A DNA stretch of 64,000 nt, taken from contig JAUVXW010000008.1 of NCBI GenBank assembly GCA_030603385.1, positions 73,248 through 137,247 of the forward strand, given 5' to 3'. The number at the start of each line of letters is the position of its first letter. Within the stretch, counting starts at the first letter, position 1. The translations under genes were made by a program, and so were the position numbers. The stretch is from Promethearchaeota archaeon (GTDB taxonomy: Archaea; Asgardarchaeota; Lokiarchaeia; Sigyniarchaeales; SOKP01). This document shows, piece after piece, positions 51,716 through 61,350 of this stretch. A model generated the notes under the pieces. That model saw nothing but the letters and a program-made list of their open reading frames with translations, had not been told where the DNA came from and did not search any database.

Positions 51716-52003
51716 ATGCAATTGAGGAATTTACGGTCAATACTAATCAAATATGCTATAGATAAAAAATCTCGTCAGAGAGAAGAGTTAGAGTGTATAT
51801 GGTGGGATGAGAATGGCAGTCCAGCAGAATAAAAAGAAACTAATTTAGCAATATCGCGAAGACCTGTTAGAGAAATGTACAAAATAGATAGGGCCTTAGA
51901 TAAATCTATTTGTTTTTATCCCGTATGTCAGAAGGCGGACCAAGATATGATATTTAATCCAATAATGAAGATGTGGTTTGGGAAAAAAATTAGAATAAGT
52001 TAA
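51716..52003 (+). pseudogene. Degraded small gene (internal TAA at 51830)
   Basis: Protein-like frame ...ECIWWDENGSPAE*KETN...ICFYPVCQKADQDMIFNP..KMWF. Confidence 0.35.
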
Positions 52004-52054
52004 CAGCCTAGTTTATTATGTATGGGATGCTACTCTTGGAAATACCTTTCTCCG

Positions 52055-52444
52055 TTATTGAATTGGGTAACGGGTCCCTATCTCTTTACTGTAGTATCTA
52101 AAGATTTTAACGAGCTTCCCTAATTCAGGCATTTGTCTGGATGCACCCATTAGGAAAAATCTACCAGCAGCACTAAGAATGATAAAACCATTATCACCAC
52201 GTAAAATAACTTCAAGCATATTTGTAAATCCTAGAGAATCAATTGCATCACTACCAGACTGCATAACTACTGCACTTAAACTAGCAAAAAGGTCAGGATC
52301 CACACTATAACCGGGAACTGCACTAAAAGCGAGTCGGAGTCCTTCTCGAGTGATAAGTGCCAGCGAGTCCAATTCGCTGTATTCAGTAATTGATCCGAGA
52401 AACTGGCTAAGGGACTGTGCTTCGTCAGGAGTTAATTCTGCCAT
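52055..52444 (-). CDS. Roadblock/LC7 protein
   Basis: LALITREGL...DLFASLSA...LG...EVILRGDNGFII...ELG. Confidence 0.85.
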   Translation of the reverse strand: MAELTPDEAQSLSQFLGSITEYSELDSLALITREGLRLAFSAVPGYSVDPDLFASLSAVVMQSGSDAIDSLGFTNMLEVILRGDNGFIILSAAGRFFLMGASRQMPELGKLVKIFRYYSKEIGTRYPIQ

Positions 52445-52575
52445 AATATATTAAATTTTTTTTATTCAATTAATAATAATTAAAAAATTTTAACTTAAAA
52501 AATTATATTTTAAGAATATTTGAAATTTTTAACTTTTCTAAATAAAATAAGAGAAAGGTTATTGAAAAAATTCAC

Positions 52576-53415
52576 TTACTTACCTTCTAATTGGTGTTTA
52601 ATTTGATCTTTTAATAATTCTCGTTTGGATTTACCTTCAACAGGCTTAGATGACTGGCCAGAGCGTTTAAGAAACTCTATTGCTAATATCTTGCCATTCT
52701 TGCTAAGGATACGCGGCGAATAGTTTTCCGCAAAGAAGATTCCCTCAGGGATCGCACCCACTTTTGAGATTTCTTTAGTAATTTGCTTTTCACCTAAGAA
52801 TTGTTGTACTTTTTCAACGACAGAATAAGCTTGGTTCCCGATTATTATTAATTCTCTTTCAAAACCAGAAGGCATTTTTATTTCTTCTAATTTTGCCATA
52901 ATCTCTTGAAAATCGATTTGAGTTTCCTCGTGCATATATGCTGTCATCGATCCTTCTCCTCTATATAAAGGGCCTGCATTTTGTTCTGCTCGTGATTTAC
53001 TCCCTGCAATATTCATTCCGTCAGCGGGTTCTGGAGTTCCAAAAACATTCCTTTCTCTCAATGGATGAACGGATGGTGGGGCAACTGGTTCATCTTTTAT
53101 TTCTTTAGCAATTCCTCCTTCTGTTCTTCCACCAATAAGTTTTATAAATTCAGAATCTTCTTCACCTTCGTCAAGAGGTATTACACTGTAATGCATTCCT
53201 ACTTGACCACGGATTTCTTGAGATCTCTTTGCCCCAATAAATTTAGATCTAACACTGCTTTTTATACCCTTCCAGAGATAAACTTTTCTTGATTCATCAT
53301 CAACGAGAACATAACATTCATCAGTACTTAACACATCCTTAATTGGACCTTCTGTTGTCAGTTCGGTTGTTGTTCCATCTGGATTAATAAGAAAGACTTG
53401 CGTTATTTTAATCAA
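52576..53415 (-). CDS. Single gelsolin domain plus C-terminal domain (1DGelX-type)
   Basis: LSTDECYVLVD...VYLWKG..SS...DEGEEDSEF; C-terminal GFERELIIIG...IPEGIFF domain. Confidence 0.85.
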   Translation of the reverse strand: MIKITQVFLINPDGTTTELTTEGPIKDVLSTDECYVLVDDESRKVYLWKGIKSSVRSKFIGAKRSQEIRGQVGMHYSVIPLDEGEEDSEFIKLIGGRTEGGIAKEIKDEPVAPPSVHPLRERNVFGTPEPADGMNIAGSKSRAEQNAGPLYRGEGSMTAYMHEETQIDFQEIMAKLEEIKMPSGFERELIIIGNQAYSVVEKVQQFLGEKQITKEISKVGAIPEGIFFAENYSPRILSKNGKILAIEFLKRSGQSSKPVEGKSKRELLKDQIKHQLEGK

Positions 53416-53631
53416 TCTCCTCTATTCTTTTATGAAAACTAGCTTATGGTTAAATAAATTATATTAATTGCAAATTGTTACTCAAAATATTAATTCTAAA
53501 ACCTCAACTTAGTTATCATAACAACTAGTTTAATAATATAATAAATTAGAAACTAATAAATTTTTATCAAAAAACAAAAATACGTTCTGACGTCTCTTAA
53601 TTTGTTATCAAAATATTTATCTTTAGATGAA

Positions 53632-55197
53632 TTAAAGATTAAATAATTTCTTTGTTACACTATTAATATTGTTAATCATATCTACTGCCGTAAAACGCGT
53701 TCCTATATTCTGTTTACAATATTCACCAATGCTACCGTTAAGGAACGCGCCAGAACATGCTGATTTAAATAGGTTATTATCTGTAGCCAGAAAAGCAGCA
53801 CATAGTCCAGCTAATACATCCCCTGTACCTCCTATTGACATTTCTGGACATCCTATACGATTAATTTTTATTTCTTTCCCATTACTTATATAGTCATATG
53901 GTCCTTTTACGAGAAGTGTAAAATCATATTTTTTAGCTAACTTTAATACTGCCTTACTCCTTTCTTCAATCTGGTCATACGAGGGTAACTCTATGCCCGT
54001 CATAATTTTTAATTCGCCTTCATGTGGGGTTAAAATAACATTCTGACCCTTTAATAATTCAAGATGATTTTTAACTAATTTTAAAGAATCAGCATCAAGT
54101 ACACATGACTTCTTCTCATGTTTGAGTTTTTCTAGTAGTTTGAGTAATAATTCTTCAGTTTCTTTTTGCAATCCTAAACCCGGACCTATAACTACTGCAT
54201 TAGACCATTCAATTAACTCTGAGATCTCATCAAATGAATTCATATTTAACCATTTACCGGGGCTTGTCCTTATGATCATGTTTGGAGAATAATTCCTTAT
54301 AGCATCTCCAACAACTTCTGGAACATAAGTTATGACCAAATCTATTCCAAAATTAATCCCTGCTAGTGAGGAATATGCAGGAGCTCCGGAATAATTTTTG
54401 GATCCTCCTATAACAAGGATTCTTCCAAATTGCCCCTTATGATTATCAACATTTCTAGTTTTTAGAGTTGGAATTAAATCACCTTTTCCTACAAATAGGG
54501 ACGCCTCAGAGGGGATTCCGATAGATCTGATTATGATTTCTTTTATATAATCGCTTTTAATGTCTAATCCTTTTTTAATTCGGTGAAGTGCTACAACTAA
54601 ATCTGCTCTTACAGCTTTATGAATCACTTCTCCAGTATTTGGGTTCATCCCAGAAGGTATATCAATTGATACGACTTCTATTTCGTTTTCCTCTCTTAAT
54701 TTATTTATAACATCGATAGTTGTTGATATAGGTTCTCTAATTTTTCCAGACACTCCTGTTCCTAGTAAACCATCAACAATTAAGCTTAGTTTCTTATTAT
54801 CTTCTCTCAATAATCTAATATTCCCAATTTCTGTAGAATCACTTATTATTATCGTCTTAACCATATAATTAATCTTGTTCCTAATTACTTCCCAATTAAA
54901 CTGTGATGCATGAGTCCTTATTTTTTCTGGAGTTCCAACTAGAATTACCAATGATTTAATATTAAACGCACTTAAGTGTCTTGCAACTACAAACCCATCT
55001 CCTCCGTTATTTCCGGTACCACAAAAAATAGCAACAGTTGACTTATCGCTAAGATTATATCTTTTTACAATTTCATCAGCAATACTGTATCCAGCACATT
55101 CCATTAAATGAATTAAGGGAATTCCTAACCATTGAGCATTATTATCGGCTATAGCAACATCTTCAGCCGAAATTTTTTCAGAATTAAATCTTTCCAT
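53632..55197 (-). CDS. nnr: Bifunctional NAD(P)HX epimerase/dehydratase (YjeF)
   Basis: GTGNNGGDG, DGLLGTG, SIDIPSG, HKGQFG, LTPHEGE, GGTGDVLAG. Confidence 0.95.
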   Translation of the reverse strand: MERFNSEKISAEDVAIADNNAQWLGIPLIHLMECAGYSIADEIVKRYNLSDKSTVAIFCGTGNNGGDGFVVARHLSAFNIKSLVILVGTPEKIRTHASQFNWEVIRNKINYMVKTIIISDSTEIGNIRLLREDNKKLSLIVDGLLGTGVSGKIREPISTTIDVINKLREENEIEVVSIDIPSGMNPNTGEVIHKAVRADLVVALHRIKKGLDIKSDYIKEIIIRSIGIPSEASLFVGKGDLIPTLKTRNVDNHKGQFGRILVIGGSKNYSGAPAYSSLAGINFGIDLVITYVPEVVGDAIRNYSPNMIIRTSPGKWLNMNSFDEISELIEWSNAVVIGPGLGLQKETEELLLKLLEKLKHEKKSCVLDADSLKLVKNHLELLKGQNVILTPHEGELKIMTGIELPSYDQIEERSKAVLKLAKKYDFTLLVKGPYDYISNGKEIKINRIGCPEMSIGGTGDVLAGLCAAFLATDNNLFKSACSGAFLNGSIGEYCKQNIGTRFTAVDMINNINSVTKKLFNL

Positions 55198-55293
55198 AAC
55201 AATTAATCTTAAGATTCTGAATTAAAAAATATTATTTAATTAGATGGATTATACTGCAACAAATTAATACACTTTAATAAAAAGGATTTCTAA

Positions 55294-56553
55294 ATGGATA
55301 CTCTGAAAGAAGATATTGATGAAGCAAAAAATAGACTAGAAGCTTGGTGGGACCATGAAATAATTGATCGTCCTGTTATTTCTTATTATTTTCCTCGTAA
55401 TGGTAGTTCAATTGCGGGATTCCTTGATATTATTTTTTTTGGCTGGAAATTAGCTAAAAATCCTGATGGAATAGAAGAGGTAATCACTGATTTTGAACGG
55501 CGGATACAAAATTTAACTTATGGCAGTGAGAGCATTCCTTCCTTTATCCCTTATTATGGGGCTGGAATTATGGCAGCAATTTTTGGTGTGATCCCAAAAT
55601 TTCATACTCAAACTGTGTGGTTCAGTCGCCCTACTTCTCCAAATGATGTAGTTGCTTTACTTGAAGACGTTAAGCTAAATGCCAATAATCCATGGTACTC
55701 AAGATTATTACGAATAACTGAATATGCTGCTAAACACTCTCAGAATAATTATCAAGTCTCAATGACAGATTTAGGGGGGATATTAGACATTTTATCTTCT
55801 TTTCTTGGTCCCAAAGAGGTCATACTAACAATGAAACGACGTCCTGATATTATTGACGCCTGTCGAGCAATAATTTTAGAGAAAACTTTGAAAGTGTATG
55901 ATGACCTTCAAAACATTATCAATAAATATAATGATGGATGCAATGCTTGGCTTAATGTCTGGAGTAGAAAACGATGGTATCCAATTCAATGTGATTTTTG
56001 TGCAATGCTCAGTCCTACATGGTTTAAGCGATTCGTCCTACCAGATATAATTGCTCAAGCGGCGCATATGGATTATTCAATATATCATTTAGATGGCCCT
56101 AATGCATTAGTACATTTGGATGATTTACTTTCTATACCAGAACTTACAGGAATACAATGGGTACCTGGGGGTGTCAGAGAACCTATGGGCCATGAGAAAT
56201 GGTACACTCTATATAAGAAAATTCAGGCAGCAGGGAAAAACATTGTTAGTACTGTAACACCTAGCCGTCTTTCCACCATGTATCGAAACTTTGATCCTAA
56301 GGGTTTGTACTTACGTACAATATTTTTTAATAATAAACTCGCTGACTTCTATTTACCACACTTTGTAGGAGGAGATGGGGGAGAAATAATAGAAAAGAGT
56401 ATGGAATGGGCGGAGAAAAGGAATTTGAACAGAATGAGTCGATCTGATTTTGAAACCTTTATCAATAAAAATAAATTCAAACTTGAGAATAAAGATCCTA
56501 AAAAACTACTTCAGGAAATTAATAGGAAACTGAAAAGGAAAAAAGAGGTATAA
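55294..56553 (+). CDS. Uroporphyrinogen-decarboxylase-fold (MtaA/CmuA-related) protein
   Basis: QCDFCAMLSP..F.RFVLP, YHLDGP, IQWVPG. Confidence 0.75.
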   Translation: MDTLKEDIDEAKNRLEAWWDHEIIDRPVISYYFPRNGSSIAGFLDIIFFGWKLAKNPDGIEEVITDFERRIQNLTYGSESIPSFIPYYGAGIMAAIFGVIPKFHTQTVWFSRPTSPNDVVALLEDVKLNANNPWYSRLLRITEYAAKHSQNNYQVSMTDLGGILDILSSFLGPKEVILTMKRRPDIIDACRAIILEKTLKVYDDLQNIINKYNDGCNAWLNVWSRKRWYPIQCDFCAMLSPTWFKRFVLPDIIAQAAHMDYSIYHLDGPNALVHLDDLLSIPELTGIQWVPGGVREPMGHEKWYTLYKKIQAAGKNIVSTVTPSRLSTMYRNFDPKGLYLRTIFFNNKLADFYLPHFVGGDGGEIIEKSMEWAEKRNLNRMSRSDFETFINKNKFKLENKDPKKLLQEINRKLKRKKEV

Positions 56554-56560
56554 TTTCTTC

Positions 56561-56839
56561 TTAAAAACGTTTCATATAGTAATATTCATATAATTTTGTC
56601 ATCCCAAGTTTATGATATAGATCCAATGCTTCAGTATTTACCTTTTCTACTTGTAACCAAATGTATTTTACCCCATTCGCTACAGCCCATTCATCTATTA
56701 ATCTAATTAACATAGAAGTGGCTATATTTTGCCTTCTATAATTCGGATGGACAAAAACATCTCCAATATACAGGTATCCTTGAGGAACTAAAACTGCTAA
56801 AAGTGTTCCAATAACTTCATTATTGTGTTTTGTAAGCAT
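56561..56839 (-). pseudogene. C-terminal part of a GNAT acetyltransferase
   Basis: VHPNYRRQNIA, WLQV...N..AL.LY.KLG; N-terminal region missing. Confidence 0.65.
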
Positions 56840-56983
56840 ATGATGGGTGAAACGGATATTCGAATGATGTTAAGTGGAAAGGTAAGACTCGAAGGAGATA
56901 TGGCAAAAAATAAAACAAATTTCACAGTAATTCTTTATGCTTCTTACATTAATAATGCAAATACTTTTAAAAAGAAACGTTGA
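56840..56983 (+). pseudogene. C-terminal fragment of an SCP2 sterol-carrier-like domain
   Basis: MMGETDIRMMLSGKVRLEGDMAK resembles the SCP2 C-terminal G(K/R)L(K/R)xxGD motif. Confidence 0.45.
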
Positions 56984-57024
56984 ATCAATAATAAAGAAAA
57001 TTACATATAAAGTCAAAAAAGTAA

Positions 57025-57543
57025 GTGATAAATATGGCAGATTTAAAAGGTAAACCTACACTTGGGGGCATCGTATTTTTGATTGTAGGGTTTTTGCATA
57101 TACTTATTCCTGCGTGGGGTATTCTGATTCCTGACATTGGGGCATCGTTCTTTTGGTATTGGGGCTTCTATTTTGCGGGCAGCGGTGGCACTACTACATC
57201 AGGTATTGGCCCAGTTGATGCTTGGGTAACTGCTGGTAGAACTGCAATGACATTAATGATAATTTGTTTTGTAATCCTAACAATAACTCTAATCTTAGCC
57301 AAAATATTAAAAACATTTAAGACTGAAAAAAATCTTACTATATTTGGGATTGTCTGGTTGATAACAGGTATTTTATTGTTAATTGCTCCATCGATATACT
57401 TAACAGAAGTAAGTGATATTATATTTGATGAATATTCTTGGGGTATAGGGATATTATTCTCATATAGTCTCGCATTTGGACCTCTTTTATTAGGAATTTT
57501 TGCTCTCTATAGACAGATGAAAGGAGAAAAGATTGGAACTTAA
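57025..57543 (+). CDS. Four-TM membrane protein (FWYWG loop; similar layout to 33989-34723)
   Basis: TM1-P-...WxWG loop, then three more TMs. Confidence 0.7.
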   Translation: MINMADLKGKPTLGGIVFLIVGFLHILIPAWGILIPDIGASFFWYWGFYFAGSGGTTTSGIGPVDAWVTAGRTAMTLMIICFVILTITLILAKILKTFKTEKNLTIFGIVWLITGILLLIAPSIYLTEVSDIIFDEYSWGIGILFSYSLAFGPLLLGIFALYRQMKGEKIGT

Positions 57544-57715
57544 ATTTATATAAATGTAAACTCTAAGAAGAGAAGAGATAATTTTTTTTATCTCTTTTTA
57601 TTTTTATTTATCAATCGTATATTTAGCTTAAGTATGAAAAAAAATTGATTAAGAAGAAGATAAAGCCCTTTAAAAAAATATTTAAATTAACTTCTTAGAC
57701 TTGAATTAAAAGGAG

Positions 57716-57853
57716 TGCCGGTGGAGGGATTTGAGCCCTCGAACCTCCAGAATACATCCAGTCTGACCCAATTTTTCAGAAGGATTATGAGTCTGGCGCC
57801 TATTAAACATATGACTATTGCAGATGCTTTATAACCAGCTAAGCCACACCGGC
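57716..57853 (-). tRNA. Elongator tRNA-Met(CAU) with two introns (23/24 and about 37/38)
   Basis: GCCGGTG/CACCGGC acceptor stem; CCAGA-CTCATA...TCTGG; GAGGG/CCCTC T-stem; removing the 30- and 33-nt inserts gives a 75-nt cloverleaf. Confidence 0.85.
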
Positions 57854-58040
57854 ATATAAGGTATATGAAGACTAGTAATTTTTTAAATTTAAAATTATTA
57901 TTATCTTTTTTGGTTTTTGTTTAATATTTAATTAATAAATCAATTCTCTGTTTGAATATCTATTAAATTCATTAAGACGTTCAATCAATCAAACATTAAC
58001 GAGCAAATATAAAAGAAGAGATTCCTATTTGTCATAAAAA

Positions 58041-58143
58041 AGCCTCAAGGGGGCTTATCCTTTTCGAGCTAAATGCCCGTAAATTATGATCCCCCGACCT
58101 TTGCCTTACCAAGGCAACGCTCTACCGACTGAGCTATTGAGGC
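58041..58143 (-). tRNA. tRNA-Thr(GGU) with a 30-nt T-loop intron (59/60)
   Basis: GCCTCAA/TTGAGGC, GCTC/GAGC, TTGCC-TTGGTAA-GGCAA, GGGGG/CCCCC; 73 nt after intron removal. Confidence 0.9.
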
Positions 58144-58253
58144 ACCTTTTTTTAAAACCTATGCTATTAACATTAAATTATTGCTAAATTAAAAATTTTT
58201 TTACAGAAAGTAAATTTTAAATAAAAAAAAGGTAGGATATTTTATTTTTTCAT

Positions 58254-58931
58254 TTATAAATTAGCGGTAAATAATACTCCTAAAGTAATATAGAATTGGG
58301 CTAATATATAAGTAGTCATAATGATGAGCCTTGCGTTAATAAACTCTCCAGCCCATTTATTTACAGCTATACAAGCGTCAGAAAGTATAAAGGAAATTGA
58401 ACCCATATAAACTAAAACAAATGGTAATCCTTGAAACTCTGCAAATCTTAAGATCGCTGCTATATGCATTATTAGGATCGCTATTAAATAGACTAACACA
58501 GGAACCTTCATATCTTCAGTTTTCTTAATGAACCTTGGTACGGTAAATACGAGTACTAAGATTGCTGGTCCTAATAAGAAGTAACCCCAAGTATCAAAGT
58601 TCGTAATATCAGTTATAGATAAGAAGAATGATATTATATAGAAGATCTGGTTAATTAAGAAGGCTCCCATTCCAAATAAAAACCATTTATCTTCATTTTC
58701 AAGCATCAAGAAAATATCTCCAGCACAACCACCAAGTAACGCAATAACAATTAACCAGTCAACATTGGTTATTGAGGTTGTGTCAACTACTCCAAAAATA
58801 TAAAATAGAATCAATAAGGGCATCAAAAGTGGCTTAGTGCAATATTCAATTTTTTTATTGTCTTTGTATTCTGCAAACACTTCTACTATAACAAGGATAA
58901 AGAATAGTACTAAAAAGATGTATTCAATCAT
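58254..58931 (-). CDS. YhhN / lysoplasmalogenase family membrane protein
   Basis: KPLLMP, GDIFL, F..SD, TYILAQ. Confidence 0.85.
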   Translation of the reverse strand: MIEYIFLVLFFILVIVEVFAEYKDNKKIEYCTKPLLMPLLILFYIFGVVDTTSITNVDWLIVIALLGGCAGDIFLMLENEDKWFLFGMGAFLINQIFYIISFFLSITDITNFDTWGYFLLGPAILVLVFTVPRFIKKTEDMKVPVLVYLIAILIMHIAAILRFAEFQGLPFVLVYMGSISFILSDACIAVNKWAGEFINARLIIMTTYILAQFYITLGVLFTANL

Positions 58932-59071
58932 AGTTTTTCACTAAAGAGATGTGTAATATAGTAATATCCAAATAATTAAAAAATGTTTAAATAATTTTAG
59001 TATATTGATTTACAGATTTGTGATCTCACCTTGTTAATTACAGAGAGATAGATTTATATATAAAGCAAAAT

Positions 59072-59110
59072 TAGTTCGAATTAGAACAATGTTTGTTCGA
59101 CTTCGAACAA
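59072..59110. promoter_or_regulatory. Tandem palindromic operators (probable MarR sites) just after a TATA box
   Basis: TAGTTCGA-AT-TAGAACAA (59072-59089) and perfect TTGTTCGA-CT-TCGAACAA (59093-59110); TTTATATATA at 59053. Confidence 0.7.
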
Positions 59111-59151
59111 CCCAATCTAAAAAGTTAAAATTAAAAGAAGAGATGAGAAAT

Positions 59152-59622
59152 ATGGAGTTGGAAGAAGCAAAAAAAATAAGTTTGGAATTAATAGAGACCT
59201 CTAAAGCCGCTTACTTAACAACTATTGACTCTGAAGGTTATCCCATAACAAGAGCAATGTTTAATTTAAGAAATAAGGAACAGTTTCCAGAATTTTCTGA
59301 GTTTTTCACTGAACAAGATAATGAATTTATTATATATATCTCAACAAATACATCATCATCGAAAATTGATCACATCAAGAACAATCCCAAAATTTCTGTT
59401 TATTTCTGCGATCCTGAAGAATTTAAAGGAATTATGTTTGGAGGTGAGGCAGATATTGTCGATGATATGAAAATGAAACAAAATATATGGTTAGATTGGT
59501 GGACAAGGTATTATCCAAAAGGATTAGAAGATCCTGATTATACTTTACTAAAATTGAATCCTAAAAATGCAAGATTTTACTATAAACTAAATCAAGTTAA
59601 ATTCAATCCAGGAGAAAAATAA
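59152..59622 (+). CDS. Pyridoxamine 5'-phosphate oxidase-like (general stress protein 26) family
   Basis: LTTIDSEGYP.TRAM, STN.SS.K...I..NP, PKG.EDPDY; the track start at 59089 lies within the operators, so a later ATG is preferred. Confidence 0.8.
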   Translation: MELEEAKKISLELIETSKAAYLTTIDSEGYPITRAMFNLRNKEQFPEFSEFFTEQDNEFIIYISTNTSSSKIDHIKNNPKISVYFCDPEEFKGIMFGGEADIVDDMKMKQNIWLDWWTRYYPKGLEDPDYTLLKLNPKNARFYYKLNQVKFNPGEK

Positions 59623-60068
59623 TGGAAAAATTGAGAGAAGGAGGATTTTTAATCTCAAAGATCCGTCAATTATCAGAAAGGATTTTTGCTAAATTGCTTC
59701 GTGATTATCAGGCTATTGAGATAAATCCAGCCCAAGGTAGAGTTATGTTTCCACTTTGGAAGAAAGATAACATTTCTTTTCATGAACTTAAAGAAAAGAC
59801 GTTATTGAGTAAAGCGACATTATCTCACTCGTTGGATAATCTTGAAGAAGCGGGTTACATAAAACGGGTGCCTTCTCCAAAAGATAAACGAACTATAAAT
59901 ATAAAATTGACGGAAAAAAACAAAGAGTTACAGGATAAATATATTCAAGTTTCTAATCAAATGAAAGATATATATTACAAAGATTTTATAGAAGAGGATA
60001 TAGATGAGTTTGAAGGCTATTTAAGGCGACTTTTAAACAATTTAACAAACTATAGTGAAAAAAAGTAA
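59622..60068 (+). CDS. MarR-family transcriptional regulator
   Basis: QGRV...L, LSKATLS..LD.LEEAGYI.R....DKR...I.LT. Confidence 0.9.
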   Translation: MEKLREGGFLISKIRQLSERIFAKLLRDYQAIEINPAQGRVMFPLWKKDNISFHELKEKTLLSKATLSHSLDNLEEAGYIKRVPSPKDKRTINIKLTEKNKELQDKYIQVSNQMKDIYYKDFIEEDIDEFEGYLRRLLNNLTNYSEKK

Positions 60069-60094
60069 GCCATAAAAAGAAAATAATTCAACTA

Positions 60095-60316
60095 TCATTT
60101 CTTTTTATTTTTTATTTCTTTAATAATTTCTAAAAAATAACAATAGGAACAATAAAATCTTATCCCTTGATTTTGCCATATTTTTATGATTTTATCATGT
60201 TGCGGTTCAGGATAGTTCTGAATAAAGGTATTAAAGCTATATTCCCTTTTACAATTTCCACAATATCTTATTGAAGCATGACGAAGTTCGGGTGATAACT
60301 CTTTTAATTTTGACAT
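60095..60316 (-). CDS. Small CxxC...CxxC zinc-binding protein
   Basis: YCGNC...FYCSYCY. Confidence 0.6.
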   Translation of the reverse strand: MSKLKELSPELRHASIRYCGNCKREYSFNTFIQNYPEPQHDKIIKIWQNQGIRFYCSYCYFLEIIKEIKNKKK

Positions 60317-60349
60317 TCTGTTCTATTCTCTTAAGTATCAGTTAATCGT

Positions 60350-61285
60350 CTAATTTTCATCTTTCTTTCTAGATATTTTTGGTATATGTATTTTAACTCC
60401 TGGAAAATGAATTTTAGGAACTTGAATTTTTGGCATAATCATTTGGGTGTTAAAATTCTCATCCAATTCAATTTTTTGATTTTGAATTTTAACAGGAGTT
60501 ACAAATTTTTCATTATTTTCAGTATAAATAGGAAATTCTTCCACCTTATCAACCAATTGGTCCAAATCGCCTTCTTTTTCTTCATCCAAATCTTTTTCTA
60601 ACATGTTTTTCTCAAGTTCGTCATTATTGATAATTTCATTTTCAATTGTTTCGATGAAATCTATAAACTGGTCTTTTTTCTCTCTAAGTACTGTTTTATA
60701 ATACTTTCTAAAATTCTCAATAAAAGCAAATTCTTTAAATTTATCGTACTCAAACACCCATCCAGTTTCTACATCATATAACATTCCTGTAATTTTCACT
60801 TCTGGTTTATGCATATGTAATCTTTGCAAATTTTCTACTTGTTGTTTGATATTTCTCAATACATCTATAAATGGTTTGAAAAAATTTCTAATTTCAGAAA
60901 AGAGATCTAAATTCTCCCCTGACTGATAAGAAAGAAATTCATATGGTATTTTCCGTTTTAATTCTAATAATTTAATTTTTGTCATACAGCAGTCTAAATG
61001 ACCTAAAATTATAATATATTTAATCTTATATTGATAAACAGTAAGTAAAATTGATCTCAGAGTATCTTGAGTATAAAGATTTCCTGCATTTCTTAGGACA
61101 AAGATATCTCCAGGATTTAGTTGAAATATTCGGTGAACATCTATTCTAGGGTCAAAACAAGTAAGAATTAAAACAGGATATTTTGGAATTTTATCATTAA
61201 CTTCAATATTTTCTAAGCCCTGCGATATCTTCCATTGATACCGTAAATTTCCATTTATTAGTACATTTTCAATATTATCAATCAT
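60350..61285 (-). CDS. Beta-class carbonic anhydrase with long acidic/Pro-Lys tail
   Basis: LTCFDPR, RNAGN, GHLDC, YDVETG. Confidence 0.85.
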   Translation of the reverse strand: MIDNIENVLINGNLRYQWKISQGLENIEVNDKIPKYPVLILTCFDPRIDVHRIFQLNPGDIFVLRNAGNLYTQDTLRSILLTVYQYKIKYIIILGHLDCCMTKIKLLELKRKIPYEFLSYQSGENLDLFSEIRNFFKPFIDVLRNIKQQVENLQRLHMHKPEVKITGMLYDVETGWVFEYDKFKEFAFIENFRKYYKTVLREKKDQFIDFIETIENEIINNDELEKNMLEKDLDEEKEGDLDQLVDKVEEFPIYTENNEKFVTPVKIQNQKIELDENFNTQMIMPKIQVPKIHFPGVKIHIPKISRKKDEN

Positions 61286-61350
61286 GCTTTCTATATCTCG
61301 TTTTTAATCTCCTAAAGAATTATAATAAAAATATTAAAATGAAAAAAAAA

